Assembly: GCA_052426225.1 (NCBI GenBank)
Contig: JBNJNM010000015.1
Location: 496,001-560,000 of the forward strand
Reading direction: 5' to 3'
DNA: 64,000 nt
Source: Zancudomyces culisetae HAW-14-8
Lineage: Eukaryota > Fungi > Kickxellomycota
A model generated the notes under the pieces. It was not told where the DNA came from. It did not search any database and saw nothing but the letters and a program-made list of their open reading frames with translations. Within the stretch, counting starts at the first letter, position 1, and every line of letters begins with the position of its first letter. A program made the position numbers and the translations under genes. This document shows positions 47,048 to 58,946 of the stretch, piece after piece.

Positions 47048-49192
47048 TTAGAGGTTAATGTTAGATATAAAAGATACATTTTTCATGTAGAGCTTGTTTG
47101 TATATATTAGCGAATCAAAAATAACAATAGGCGAAGTATACTTTTTGTTCCCATTCACTGAATAGAAACATGAAGACGATGGATGAATTTTAACCAGCGT
47201 GTTTGATGATAATGTTTTGAAGGATTTGCCATCAGGTTGCAAAAATGCAATGTTGGAGTGTTTGTATGTGTTGATTAAACAGCTTAAGAATATCGTGACA
47301 TCATTGTTACACGATGTCGTGGGTGGAATCGAGTGTTTTTCGCAGATTTTGAAGATTTGCGTAATGGTCTTTTTGATCATCTTGATGCTTCTCTTGTTGC
47401 TGTTGTTGTGTATGTTTGTATTCAACGCCTTTATCAATAACCAGTGGTCGCTTTTCACTCCTCCTCCAGCTGACAAATTTCTACTACCACTAAAAAACGT
47501 GTTTTTGCTACTATTAAGATTACTCTCTATAGACAATATCGATACCAACTCTATGACCTCCTTTGTACACTTGAACTCCTTAGAGTCAATAATTAGCTTA
47601 GCATACAAGGGATTGTCCAGTGGTAAATCTGCCATAATGTTTCCAACCGTTGTTAATTCATATTCGCTGCTTCCATTTACCTTTATTGCTCCAAGACTCA
47701 CCAGCTCGTATATAGCCCTTTTGACAGCCTGTGGTTTTGGTTTTTCTATAAATTTAAAGCTTGGCTTGTTTTCATTCTGATTCCCATTCTTATTTCCATT
47801 TTTATCCCTCTTTGTACCATTGCTATTGTCACTGTTATCTGTTGTAGACAACAACTCATTCACTATCCCACGCTCTATCTTGGAATCCTTTGAAAATATC
47901 TTTGACAAACTCAATACTATACTCGTCAAGTTCAATACCTTGATTTCTGCCAAATTGTCCTCCTCCATTTCATTTACAAAATAACTCTCGGGATAGAGTC
48001 TATAGCATTCACCATCACTAGTTCTACCAGCTCTTCCCGCTCTTTGTCTAGCAGATGTACGTGTAATTGGTTCTACTTGCAATGTTTCGTATTTCAACAC
48101 ATGATTGTATTTCTTAACCTTATTCACCCCACAGTCTACAACGTACTTAATTCGCGGCAGTGTTATCGATGTCTCGGCTATGTTCGTTGCTAATATCACC
48201 TTTCGTGTCTTTGTAAGCTCAAATATCTTGTCTTGTTCCTCTTGGGGTAAAGCTGCGTATATTTTTAGTATTGAGAGCTCTTTGTTTTTGTGTGTTTGTG
48301 CATTGCTTTCTATATATTTTTTGGCATGCTCTAAAAGTTGCTCCATGTTTTCTATCTCCTCCTGTCCACTCAGAAACACCAATATATCACCATCTACTGT
48401 TTCCATATGGATCTGTAGTACTGTTGATATGGCTGCATCTATATAATCCATTAACGCCTCTGAGCTATAATATATCCTCACATCGTGCATTCTCCCGCTC
48501 ACATACAATATTGGACATCCTCCATAATAGTTAGAAAACAACTCTGCATTAATTGTCGCACTCATTATCACCACTCTGAAATCTTGATTATTTCCTGAAC
48601 CAGATGCTTCAATTTTTTGCTTCAGAACTCCCAGCAATATATCTGTTCTCAAACTCCTTTCGTGCGCCTCGTCTATTATTATCACCTTGTATCTACTCAA
48701 TGCGTTGTCTAACATTGCCTCTCGTATCAGCATACCATCAGTGAGATACTTTATCTTGGTTTCTTTGCTCGTAAAGTCTTCAAATCTAATCGAATACCCC
48801 ACCTCTCGCCCCATTTTTACTCCCATTTCTTCACTTACACGTCTTGCCACACTTGTAGCCGCCACTCTTCTTGGCTGTGTTATCCCTATCATCATTCCTC
48901 CATTTGCCTCACCGTCCTTTCCCTCTTTTCTTTTTTTGTCGTTTAAAAACCCTGCCTCATAAAGAAACTGGGGAACCTGTGTCGTCTTTCCACTTCCCGT
49001 CTCTCCTATTATCACTGTAACTGGATTGTTTCTGATAGTATCGACTATCTTTTGTCGACTTTCATATATAGGAAGTTTTCTTCTTGCTTCTTCGATTGCT
49101 GCTCTTGATTTATACACTTGCTTTTTCTGTTGTCCATTTTCGCGATTTTCCTTAAATTCGACATCCTTTCTTTTAGGTTTTATCACCTCCAT
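47048..49192 (-). CDS. DEAH-box RNA helicase, DHR2/DHX33-like, intronless, 714 aa
   Basis: GETGSGKTTQ, TQPRRVAA, TDGML, DEAHERS, MSAT, ILVFLSGQEEIE, LATNIAETSIT, QRAGRAGR; short N-terminus (RRKLPI) suits the Dhr2/DHX33 subfamily, but the subfamily call is less certain than the family. Confidence 0.88.
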   Translation of the reverse strand: MEVIKPKRKDVEFKENRENGQQKKQVYKSRAAIEEARRKLPIYESRQKIVDTIRNNPVTVIIGETGSGKTTQVPQFLYEAGFLNDKKRKEGKDGEANGGMMIGITQPRRVAATSVARRVSEEMGVKMGREVGYSIRFEDFTSKETKIKYLTDGMLIREAMLDNALSRYKVIIIDEAHERSLRTDILLGVLKQKIEASGSGNNQDFRVVIMSATINAELFSNYYGGCPILYVSGRMHDVRIYYSSEALMDYIDAAISTVLQIHMETVDGDILVFLSGQEEIENMEQLLEHAKKYIESNAQTHKNKELSILKIYAALPQEEQDKIFELTKTRKVILATNIAETSITLPRIKYVVDCGVNKVKKYNHVLKYETLQVEPITRTSARQRAGRAGRTSDGECYRLYPESYFVNEMEEDNLAEIKVLNLTSIVLSLSKIFSKDSKIERGIVNELLSTTDNSDNSNGTKRDKNGNKNGNQNENKPSFKFIEKPKPQAVKRAIYELVSLGAIKVNGSSEYELTTVGNIMADLPLDNPLYAKLIIDSKEFKCTKEVIELVSILSIESNLNSSKNTFFSGSRNLSAGGGVKSDHWLLIKALNTNIHNNSNKRSIKMIKKTITQIFKICEKHSIPPTTSCNNDVTIFLSCLINTYKHSNIAFLQPDGKSFKTLSSNTLVKIHPSSSCFYSVNGNKKYTSPIVIFDSLIYTNKLYMKNVSFISNINL

Positions 49193-50999
49193 ATTGTTTA
49201 ATATCCTGAATTATCCTTGTTTCTAATGTATTATGTACTCTTTTTTTTCTTTTATTCTTGCTTTACCCACACTTGCTTATTACCTTCATTTTCAAGCAGT
49301 TTCCTACAAACTCTCAATACATATTTAATTTTTTTGCACAATTTTTTTTTTCGTGGAAAAAAAATTTTTTTTTACCACTTGCGGTGCTACTTGATCAATA
49401 ACCAACGATCTAGTAAGATCACACACCTCCATTGGCCTGTTAGTTGCGAGAAGTGCCTGCATTCTCATATTTGTTGATCTGAGTCAAGTAACTATATGTT
49501 GGTTTGTAGATATATTTCCAGAGCTTTTATTGCTTTTCTCCTCTTAGTAAGCAAAATAAGTAACACCTACTCACGAAAATGAACGAAACGCTTTGTAAAT
49601 ACATGCTCGTTTGTGTCTCGCAAAGTTGATAGGTAATACGTCAACTTCAATTGTTATATATACTCTAGTTGTACATGTCAGATACCATTGTGATGTTTTA
49701 ATGTGATTTTTGACTCGTCTCAGTACAAATTTATTTTTCATCTTTTGAAAATAACGTCCGATCCACATCCACGGTACCTCAATTTAAAAAAAAAGAAAGT
49801 GTTATCACAACAAAAGTCTCATCATCCACGCGAATTCCAAACCGGAGTATAAAATAATACTAGCTTTTTTCCTGGACAAATACATCTATATATCATATCA
49901 TACCAAATCATACCACACCACATTCAACCATTCGTGTCGTTTGGAATAGAAGATACCTACTATTTCCTTCTCTATTTATCTGCAAACCTGTTTAAAGTGC
50001 TGCAAACATGAAAATTATTCTATTAGTGAATATATTACTTTTGATCTTCGCGATACTATTTTTGGGGGGAAGGAGAAGAGGAGGAAAAAGGATAATGGGG
50101 GGAAAGGCGAGAGAAAAATAATGAAAAAAATAAGAAAAATGTACATTTCATCTTTTATTGCGTTGTGGGTATTATTAATGATACATTTGAGCCTTCCAAA
50201 TGGGTAAATAGAAAACTCCCTATTTAAACCGGTTGGGCTTGCATTAAATTGGGGAAGGAGGTGTCGACAAGATTTGATGCTCGCCATTGACAAGTATTAA
50301 TAATGGTGCTTGTTTTGGTTTATTATATCATGCTTTGTTATTCCCAATCAAAAAAACACAACTGTTTCTTTCTGCACTCTCGATTCTTTCGGTCAACATT
50401 CGCGTTCTCTATACATCCCTTAGAGGTAAAAGCTGAATTACTACTTGTGAATTTTGTTTTTGCTTTTTGCTTTTTGCTTTTTTTCCGTCTTTGATGTCAT
50501 TCATTTTACTCTATACACTCTTTATTGTTAATTACCCTGCCCCCATACACCCTCCCCCTATACCCAATCTTTAAGTATTCCTGTTTTTGTTTGTTTATTT
50601 TTTAAAAAAGCGTTATTATTAGAAAGATAAAACACTCAAAAACCAATATTGTAAAACTGATCAAATGTGGTAGCAATACACAAATCGAATTAAACATAGT
50701 TGATACTTTTCTACTCGCACTTCCTGTATTGCTTACAGTAGTTCAACTATTTATGTTTCCCTTTTTGGGCTATCAAAACCCTAACGTAAACAACCAATTT
50801 TATATACAAGTTTTGGTTTTAATTTGACTCCTTATCCCTATATATGTATTTGTTCGCACTTTGCATGTTTTCATTTTTTTTTGTTTTCAAACCTCTTTTT
50901 ACTCATTACTTTATATCTTTTACTAATTCTTGAAAAAGTAAAACAAAGAAAGGTCTAGAAAGCATATTCAACAATAAAATTTGCAAAAAGAAAGAAAAA

Positions 51000-53388
51000 A
51001 TGGACAACCTTGTTATAGAACCAGGTATAGTAGTTCCTAACAACTCACAAAAAGATAATGAAAGCTATCACGAGTCCACCAGCTTTACTGAATATCCCGA
51101 TTTAGATATAATTTTATCCGAGGGATATGACACCGATCATACCCAGGAATCTGGCAATACAGATGAATATGTAATACATACACATAAACCTGCCGACTCA
51201 CGCTCGTCATCGGTTGGTGCAAGTAACTATACCTGTTCACTAATACTTGCAGTAAATAGTAGTGAGTTGGAGATATCCATTCCGCTCCCCAGCACTGAAG
51301 AGTCAAAAAAAAGTAATATGGAAAAAGAAGAAACAAAAAACTGGAATCAGATTGCAAATCAAAGTGAGCATCTAGATACCCAGTCTGAGATCATTGATAA
51401 ACTGATCCTGAATGATAGCGTTGATCCTGATACAAAGCTAAAATATTATGCTCAAAGCACTACTTTCAACGGCTTTTCTCTACCCTCGAATAAATGTAAC
51501 AAACAATCTCTTGGTAATAGCACTGCATCTTGTAGTGCTCCCACAAACCCCGCTACACTCCGTCTTGAACATAAAAACTTTTCGACAATTAGTGTAAAAC
51601 TACCTTGGCTTTTCAAAAAGACATTTGGTAGTAGCAAAACTGAACTCTTGGAAAAGAGTAAGGCTGAGCTTAAATACCCAAAGGGCACCAACAAATACAC
51701 GCTATCTTCGCGCAATGGTAGTAGTGTCGAATCATATGAAAAGGGTGGTTATCATAGCGTCTCTTCTATGGATCTGGCAAAGGAGTTGTCTTTGTCAGGT
51801 AAAATGCTTGATATCAGTGCTGAAACGAATAACATTGATCGCAGCACATATTTTGAGCAGAACGAAAAGGATAGCTACGAGGATCAGTTGGACAGGTCAT
51901 GCAGTCAGAGAACCACATGCAACGATCCACTTGAGTTGTATTCGAAGGGTTCGCAAACATATCCAGATAAAGAAAACATTTGCGAAGCCATAGACCTTGA
52001 AGCCGATTACCATGCGAATGAAAAGTCCATTCCAACTATGAATTCATATTATTGTAAGTATAGAATTTACCAAAGTGGTAGGTGTAGGTATTACAAACTA
52101 ATGCTTTTTTCTTCAAAAAAAAAAAAGGGATTACTGAGCTAATTTTAGAATGTAAATATTTGAATGAATACTTGTAGTCAAATCCAACCTTTCGCTTAGC
52201 AGTGTTTTCAGACCAATGCGAAGCGGTTTTTTTACACGTGGTGGCCAGATTGAAGCTTTTACTGCGGGCTCAGGCAGTGAACTGGATCTGGTTGTCCAAA
52301 GATTGTTGTCATGGTACTATATTCTGACTGGGGTAAGCAATTACTTTGGTGAGTTAGCAAAGCACACAACTGACTCGCTTAAACACATAACACTTATTGA
52401 GCAAAGGGTGAAGCTGGAAGGATTGACTCAGATGCCCTTTTCCGACACCAAGGACTTGGGAGTCAAGAGAATTTTGAGAGACATCAAGGTAGCCAGTGAA
52501 GTGAACAGCCTGAGAAAAAACAGATTCACAAACGTGTTAGTTGATGAACTATGTCCAAAATTAAGGAGCCTGTCCAAAGTTTCAAAAGACTCTGCAAAGT
52601 CATACATAGTTTACATGAAATCTACTTATCCTCCTGTGAAAAAATATTTCAAGCAGACTGCGAGTTCCTTAAAAAGGTTGGAAACTGCCATAAATGAATT
52701 TCACTTGGACAAAAAACAGGCGGTTGATCCCTGGTTGGCATACATTGCATACATAAAGCAATTGAAGCAGAAGTACGGGGCCCAAAACCATGTCAATAAA
52801 GTGTTTCAACTAAAGCTTGCAGAGATAAGAGAGACTGACATGAAAATTTTCACAGAGTTTAAAAAGGTCATGCAGGATTTTCTGGATGTCTACTCCAAAC
52901 TTTACATCGCCTACGATTTCAACGTATTGAAAATGATTGAATACATAAGAGCCGTGCCAGATTCTCTTGAATGGGATGCCTTCGAAAAGAGATATCAGGC
53001 AGAATTGAACGCTCCAAACGGGTTCTGCGGTACCCAGAGCCTAGAAACAATGAACTATCCTTACAAGGCCTCCATGTATTCCAAGATAGTTAGGGAGGGC
53101 CGTATTGAACGCGAAAAGGGTGTCATTAAGGCCTTTTCATCATGCTATGCTGTTATCACTGGCACAGGCTTCCTGCACTGCTTCTCGAGTGAAAGTGCGG
53201 TTCCAGATGCTGCACCAGAGATTTCGATTTTTCTCCCAAACAGCGCCATCAAACATACATCTGGGAAAAGGTTTACAATTACTGTTTCCAAGGGGTTTAC
53301 GAAGGAGAGACACCACTTTAGGTGTTTGCATTCGCGGCTTTCGTTGGATTGGATTTACGAATTGAAAGTGGCTTCAGCTCCATCCTAA
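51000..53388 (+). CDS. Slm1-like BAR + PH domain protein, paralogue 2, with a long disordered N-terminus; exons 51000-52053, 52178-53388 (~754 aa)
   Basis: T|GTAAGT donor at 52054 and TTGTAG| acceptor at 52177 join the two ORFs in frame. DLVVQRLLSWYYIL, DPWL, LEWDAFEKRY, YAVITGTGFLHCF, PEISIFL, HHFRC...DWIYEL. Confidence 0.75.
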
Positions 53389-53765
53389 GCTATTGGATAC
53401 TTTTTTTTCTCCCTCTATTTTAATTGTTTTTGTGATATTTTTGTTTTTAAAAACTTGGAATAAATATGATGCCAACTATTAAGATTAATAAAGATCAATA
53501 TAATAGCGAACGAGTATTGATAAAAATAAAAATAGAATACATTTAGCGTTTTGTGTATCTAATATCGGGTTTCAAAACAAAACAAAGACAAGACAAAAAA
53601 ATATACTAAAGTTTGTAATGTAAATATTTCTACAAGTACTCCATCATAGTTAGTGCAGTACCGCCTATCAAACGGAAGGGCGAGTAAGTAAAACGCAAGG
53701 AGTGGAGTAAGATATCAACGGCTCTAGCACATGAAATATAATGATATTATACAATGACACTATAT

Positions 53766-56374
53766 TTATCTACGCGGGCCTTGGTTATAACCAGTGCCGT
53801 TATATGGAGTAGGATCAACCCAAGTATCAAACGGGTGCCCTCTTTGGTTATTTGGTGGAGAAAAGCGGGCGTTTGCTGGAGGGGGGATATTATGTTGAGG
53901 ATATTGTGGAGGGGTGTGGTAAGGGTTCACAGGTACAGGAATTACGTTCACAGGTTGCATTCTTTTTCTCCTACCGAACATATCTCTAAGCGTTCTTACA
54001 CAACATCCAAGCAAGAAGAACAGTATAACCACGGCAAGGATAGTCAAGGGGATTGAGATGTACAGTGCACGGAGATATAGATTAAGGAAATCATAGAAAA
54101 CGTTGTCACCTTTGCAAACACCGCTCCGACAGTACGAGTGTAACCCACAATAGGTCCCTTCCAAGAAAGAGCCAGTGGTAATAACGCACATATTGAAGTT
54201 TTTGGGGTCCTGGCATTGAATATCGCATGGATTCCCAGACATGGACAGAGAACAATACTTGTTGTAGCCAACCCCCAAATCGCGGGCAGCGCATTGTGCG
54301 TCTCGGCTAGTACAGGTCCCAGATGCACATTTCAGTCCGCTTCCCGCTGCACCACAATTGGTTCCATCTTTTACATGTATATCAGCAGGGCAGTCCTTGT
54401 TGACACCATCGCAGTATTGCGTAATATCACATTCGGAAATCTTTTGTCTGCAAACAGTACCGCTTGGCTGTAGTTGGCAGTTCTTACAACACAGATTATT
54501 TGAATCAGAACATTTGGCTCCTGACTTTAGCTTGCAGGTTTGCCAGTCGCAGCACGGATTGCTCTTGCAAGAATCAGAAGTTCCACAATCACACTCTTCA
54601 CCGGCCTCCAAAATACCATTACCACACATAGCTATACCAATTGTCTTGCGAGTTCCGGGATCTTGGAGACATTGTACACCTGTCGAAGAAATCTTTGAGC
54701 ACATATATTTTACTGAGCATGGACTAAAATCATTCGTAGAGGTAGAAGAAGACGTAGATGGGTTCATAATATACTGTCCATTACAATCGCAGCCGGAGGT
54801 ACAGGGGCAGCATCCATTACACGTTTGTTCAGCACATGGACATTCTTGACTAGTACAGTCGTGTACCGCCCCAAAGTTGTGGCCTATTTCGTGAGCCACA
54901 ACCCGCCAGTCGTCTCGTAGCAGTGCAGATATACCAGTGCCTGAATATACTCCTGCAGAAACACCCCGAGTGATTGCATCAACTTGACAAATCGCTCCTA
55001 CCCACGCAAGACCTACCTCTGTGCCTGATGCGCATCTCGTGAGCAAATGCCACAGCCCTGCACCATCATTCCCCTTATCTCCTCTCCAGGTGCTAAAATC
55101 AGATAGTCTGTTTTGGATGGAGTAGTCGCTTGAACATGCTCGATTCCACGCTTTTTTGGGGTCAACTGTAGAGCATGCGCTGCTTTCTATCTGCATTTCT
55201 ATTACACCTAGCGCAATATTAAACTGCCTCTCGTAAACCGCTGAAACCTGGTTAATTATATTCAGTATTTGTGTTCGCACACTGTCCTCTGAAGAAAAAT
55301 TTGCTGTATATGTACAGTCTGCCGCGACACCAATATATAGAATTTTGCGTGCTTCCAAACAACCAGCAGTCAATGCAGCAGGGTTATTAAATGGAGTGTC
55401 TCTTTTAAACAGTCCGCTTCTTCCAGAGCCTTTTTCAAAACCCAGTTGGAGATCTCTCCTCGCGTGCTGGACAAGCTTCATTTCCTCGTGGTTAACACCA
55501 CAACGACTTTTACTATTCTTGCTGAGCTCATACTCAATATTGTTATACTCGCTCTGTCGATATATTATACTTCTTGAGTTTACTGCGTCTGGATGTCTTT
55601 GATCCAGTGTTGTTATCTCAGGGTCTTCTTTTCTTTTTGTAAATTTATAAATCTCGATGGGTTTAATATAATATGTCTCGCCCTCAAAGTAGTATGAACC
55701 ATCGATTGTGGGATACCCGTCTATATCTCTAATACTGATTCGTGCCCAGTTTTCCTCTTCTTCAAACGCAAACTGTTCTCGTTTTCGCAGCATTCTTTCC
55801 CACTGCTCAAATTTATTGAGCTCCTTTTCTGGACCAACCAGCTTAACGTGACCCTTGTACATCCCACCTCGCTCCTTGTTTAGCTGTGTAGTTTCTACCA
55901 CACCTCCTGGCTTATTTATCCGCATGGTTGCTTCTGGGTGTATTAGGTCATAGTTTGGTTCTAGCATAACCATAAAGGTCCGGTTGTATACCGAAAATTC
56001 CATTTGAAAGGTATCATCTTGTGTTACGTCCTCTAGTCGCTTTTTTAGCTTTTCTCCGTGATTCGGCCCCCCAAATACACCGCTATCGGCACCCGAGTTA
56101 AGGTCCGTGTACACATGAATCTGGGGCTTTTTGAGGAATTCGTAGCCAACAATTGGTGGTGCCTGCTTAACTGCCTCCGTAAATATACCTATTTAGTTTT
56201 CGTTATTTTTAGATTTAATTGTTATATTACATGGCGTAAACTTGTACACATATAACATATAATGAATACAGATTATATTTACAGGATTAAATGTATATGC
56301 AAATCCTTACAATTTAAGACAAAAAAGCTGACGAATTGCAAGATAAACTGCAATTTTCTGGTAACCATGTTCAT
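53766..56374 (-). CDS. ADAM family disintegrin-metalloprotease (fungal type); exons 56374-56311, 56188-53766 (~828 aa)
   Basis: Signal peptide on the upstream exon, prodomain ending at a KR site, zinc motif HEIGHNFGAVHD, Met-turn YIMNP, disintegrin start CGNGILEAGEECDCG, Cys-rich domain, TM helix, Pro-rich cytoplasmic tail. Confidence 0.93.
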
Positions 56375-57451
56375 TTTTTACCAACTGTATTTGTTATAAT
56401 ATTAAGGAAATATCTATAGAATATTGTGTTGCGGTCAAAATAAACATCTACTTTCCAGAAATATATCCGCTTCAACACGTTCACTTTGACTTTTGTCACC
56501 ACCTAGCTTCTATATCCTTTTTTATCTGACTCTATTTTGGGTTACGCATATATTTTTAACTATTAGATTAAACCTTGGCCGTTTTTTCCTCGTGGATTAT
56601 TTTATGTAATTATTAGTGGATCTTCAGGCATTTTAGTTTTTCATAACGTAAACGTTATCAGTTATTATCCAATAATTGTAGACTAATTACCAAAGCTAAA
56701 CTTACTGCAAAGCGCAAATGCCAAAATAGTAAAATACAGTTATATAATAGATTATATATGTATTTGGGAACTTTTAAACGTCAGGAGGGTGAGTTGTTAA
56801 TTATTTTGTAATTTCAAAAGAGGTTTTTAATACTTATATAGGAGGAGGGATATTCCATTTTCTCTCCTTTAAATCAGTGTTTTAGCATTGCTTTGTTGTG
56901 AATTGAAGGGCTATGTTTATACAACTAGGTTTTTTTCTCTATTTAAAATGGTTGCGGATAAATGATTGGGGCAAAAACAGCTTGCGAGCAACTTTAGATT
57001 TTTACCCTTTGAGAAGATTGAGATAAACTTTGTGTGGGCCGAAAATTAGCGATTTTCAGGTAATATTGAAGATAGTAACAATTTGCATCTAAATAGCTGC
57101 AATTTTATTTTATTTTATTTTGGGCAATACAATGTAGCCCATTATTTGTCCAAGTCTTTACAAATATAGTTTAAAATTGATTGTGTTAATTTAAATTACT
57201 CCAAGAAAGCCTTAACGTTGATTGGCAAGTGCCCTAGCTAAAGGAATAGTGTCTTTGGCAATATATAATTGAAGTTGGTTTTTTTTTTCTCAATTTTGTC
57301 ACTTGCCAAGATATTGCAAAAGCGGCAAGACCCAATTGTTGGCAAATGAAAACAGAGTTGAAGGTCAAATATATTCAATATTTGGGGTTGGAAAACAATA
57401 CATTACAATATTGCTAAAGTAGCAACCGGGATTTTTAGATTTGAGAGAAAA

Positions 57452-57486
57452 GAGTTGGGAGTTGGGAGTTGGGAGTTGGGGGTTGG
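57452..57486 (+). repeat. (GAGTTGG)x4-5 heptamer tandem repeat, G-quadruplex competent
   Basis: GGG-AGTT-GGG-AGTT-GGG-AGTT-GGGGG at 57457-57482. Confidence 0.75.
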
Positions 57487-58946
57487 TAGATAAATATTTG
57501 AGCATTATTTAGTGGAATGGAAAATACAATCTCAAAATCAAAAAAAGACGACAGTTTGTCACATCAATCAATACAAGGATGCGATTGCTATGATCCGGTA
57601 GTGTAGCCTGTTTTTTTTAATAAGATAACCTGCCAAAGTTGAAGTAAGGCACGGCTCTTGCTTACAAATCACGTACCTGGCCGTAGAGACGCTTACTAAA
57701 GTCCGCAAAAAAATATATATAAAAAGATTGCCTAATTAGTTCACCAAAGGTCACATGCGGCGATAACAACTTGTTTTTCAATATACTTTTGCAGCTTTTA
57801 ACTTTGCGGCTTTTATTAGAAAAGAAAAGGGGAGTATAACATTATATTTTTCTGTAAAGATACGTTAACTATGAGATAGTATTGCAAATAATTAGCATTG
57901 AAGCTTTGAAAGAGGTTTACCCATATTAAGTCAATACCATTCTGAACGGGTAAACTGTTTTATCGTCTTTGTGGGGTGGCCAGGCAGTTCAGCATACAAG
58001 ATACTTGCTCTTAGTATGTTCCTACTACAAAAATGAGTCAAGTAGTGCTAACAGCGCTTCTTGCAAAAAAAAAAGCATGCTCGCTAGCTTTCAAAATCAT
58101 AACGTATTTTAATCACAGACCGAAGATATCTTTGAATGAGTACAGTATTTGTCCTACACCAGCTGATACTATACATTCTAAGAGCATGTCTTTATATTTC
58201 TGCACTTGTATCTTACTACATAGAATGAAAATTTTGCTAACTAGTACTTTTAGTAGTTGGGTTTTTTAGGCTTGAATCAACTTGTAAATAGAGCGAACAA
58301 ATTAAATGGCAGTGCAATTTTTTTTGTTTACAATACGATTTTGTTACCTAATTTACAAAGGCTAGTGAAAAAACAACCAACGAAAAATAATGGAAGGAAA
58401 ATAAACAATAAAACAATCAATCTTTTACAACCAAATAAAGTGGCATTAACAAGTTAAAAGCTGTTTAAACAATAACACTTTTAAAAAAGCTGGTGATTAT
58501 TAGGTGAAAGGGCTGTGCCAAAGAAATAAAAAAAGCTGATTTCTTTGAACAAGCATTTGATATAGATTAATTCCAAATTCTAACATAGTTAAGGGTATCC
58601 GTGTTTTCAAACAACGATTCCGCGGGTAAACAGACAATTAATCAACACAAGACAAAAACAAGCGAGTTAAAAAAAAACGATTCCGAATAATAAATAAAAT
58701 CAATACCCCCCCCCCCCCCACGTACTGCATTGCGAGAAAGAAACGAAGATTGAACGAGAATCGGGAGGGGTCGAATATAAAATCGCAAACTGCAATTTGA
58801 ATATACACATTCTCGAATATACGATAAAATTTTTACTGGATAGATTAAAGGAGAACGAAGTAGGACGATAAAGAAACGAACAAAAACAGGATAAATATTT
58901 GCTAACGGGTACTCAAGATACACCTAGTATTTGAGATAGCCCAACA

